Origin: Mobula hypostoma
Lineage: Eukaryota
Length of the DNA: 64,000 nt
Reading direction: 5' to 3'
Assembly (NCBI RefSeq): GCF_963921235.1
Contig: NC_086097.1
Span: forward strand, 103,542,001 to 103,606,000
Positions 62,691-64,000 of the stretch are shown one piece after another. Position 1 is the stretch's first letter, and every line of letters begins with the position of its first letter. The notes beneath the pieces are model-generated. The model was not told where the DNA came from and searched no databases. It saw only the letters and a list, made by a program, of their open reading frames with translations. The position numbers and the translations under genes are program-made.

Positions 62691-63340
62691 AATGAGCTCT
62701 GAGCAGCAGGAATGAATTTCAATCAGCTCCACAGCCCAAGTACAAAAGGCGGCAGCAGCAGTGAAAAAGAGCTTTGATCAGTGGTGAATTGGGAGGAGGG
62801 AGAAAAGGCATACTGTGGTGATAGTGGATTCGTTAGTTAGGGGAATAGATTGGAGGTTCTGTGAGCGAGAATGAGATTCCTGGATGGTATGTTGTCTCCC
62901 GGGAGCCAGGTTCCAGGATATCTCGGATCGAGTCCTCAGCATTCTTAAGTGGAAGGTGAACAGTCAGAAGTCGTGTTCCATGTAGGTGCCAATGACATGG
63001 ATAGGACGAATGATGCGGTTCTGCACAAGGAGTTCAGGGAGTTAGGTGCGAAGTTAATGAGCAGGACCTCCAGGGCTGTGATCTCAGGTTGGCTACTTGT
63101 GCCAAGTGCTAGTGAGGCCAGAACTAAGAAGATTATACAGTTTAATATGTGGCTAAGGAGTTGGTGTAGGAGGGGGGGGCATAAGATTTTTGGATCATTG
63201 GGCTCTCTTCCAGGGAAGGTAGGACAGAAGGGACGGTTTGTATCTGAACTGGAAAGGAAAATTGGATCTACCATGATGAAATGGTGGAGCAGACTCGACA
63301 GGCTGAAAGGCCTAATTCTGCTCCTCTGTCTTAAGGTCTT
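62690..63340 (+). mobile_element. CR1 ORF1 SGNH-esterase remnant fused directly to a CR1 3' UTR
   Basis: DSLVRG, CCLPGAR, VVFHVGAND, FNMWLRSWC; the CR1 3' UTR starts at ~63255. Confidence 0.82.
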
Positions 63341-63487
63341 ATTTTCATATCGGCTGGGACAAAATAAGGGGTACGTTGTCAGCAGTGCTAGCTGATTTAC
63401 CTCACTCAAAAGGTGGGCTGTTAGCAACAGAGTCAGGAACTCTGGGTGCATGGCACTAATGTTTAACGAGCACAACTTTATCTAATG

Positions 63488-63742
63488 GGAACAGTTTTAA
63501 GGTGCTTGGAAGCAGGTACAGAGGACATGTCAGGGGTAAGTTTTTTTTACGCAGAGAGTGGCGAGTGCATAGAATACGCTGCCGGTGACGGTGGTAGAGG
63601 CGGATACGATAGGGTGTTTTAAGAGACTCCTGGATAGGTACACAAGGCTTAGAAAAATAGATGGCTATGGGTACCCGAGGTAATTTCTAAAGTAAGCACA
63701 TGTTCAGCACAGCTTTGTGTATTGTGCGGTAGGTTTTCTATG
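63488..63742 (+). mobile_element. CR1 3' fragment with 5-bp TSD
   Basis: TAATG duplicated at 63483-63487 and 63743-63747; the uninterrupted site is seen in the paralogous segment at ~16900. Confidence 0.88.
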
Positions 63743-64000
63743 TAATGACAGCAGACCATGGTTACACACAATGCTCTGAAATCCAGCACCAGTGTCAAGG
63801 CCCTTCCTCTACAATTTTAGCTGGAGCCTAACCAATATTTCATTGAGTGCTGTATATCATTCTGGTTGCCACACTACAGGGAAGACATGAATGCACTAAG
63901 CAAGGCTCAGGAGTGATCCACCAGAATATAGCTGGGATGAAGCATTTCATTTATATGGAGAGACTGGATAGATTGTTTCCTTCCTTGGAGTCAAGGAGCT

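Noticed and set aside
1..64000. Prokaryotic-type systems (CRISPR arrays, operons, defence islands)
   Set aside because: Spliced vertebrate gene with TE-filled introns. Recurrent motifs are dispersed TE ends, not regularly spaced repeat-spacer arrays.
40685..64000. Further upstream STARD9 exons (FHA N-terminus, motor domain)
   Set aside because: No matching frames found by eye; probably outside the window, though a short exon could have been missed.

Overview
Repeat-dense vertebrate genomic DNA, not prokaryotic. The repeat families (CR1 3' tails, V-SINEs, Penelope-type hammerhead repeats) suggest a cartilaginous fish; this is inference. The window lies inside one minus-strand gene, STARD9 (kinesin-3/KIF16A). 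I found six GT-AG exons (40547-40684, 39487-39569, 35766-35872, 32008-32052, 13258-13478, 2152-2674) that splice in frame (1117 nt) and encode the C-terminal part of the FHA domain plus the following coiled-coil region. The introns are filled with nested, decayed transposons: CR1 and Rex1/Babar-like LINEs, one R4-clade RLE retrotransposon, Penelope-like pieces with hammerhead motifs, tRNA SINEs, two solo LTRs, two Tigger/pogo derivatives and a hAT Buster/Charlie derivative. Most of the ORF track is TE debris or antisense frames. Best leads: (1) a single-ORF EN-RT LINE with a tRNA/Pol III SINE head, plus a likely internally deleted SINE derivative; (2) an intact minimal hammerhead on the STARD9 sense strand; (3) an R4-clade element and a Tigger MITE at the same TA-rich site of a Rex-like 3' UTR; (4) two duplications of a CR1 3' end plus its downstream flank, possibly 3' transductions. 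Exon and TSD coordinates were read base by base; other repeat boundaries are approximate. No searches were run, and family and orthologue names rest on recalled motifs.
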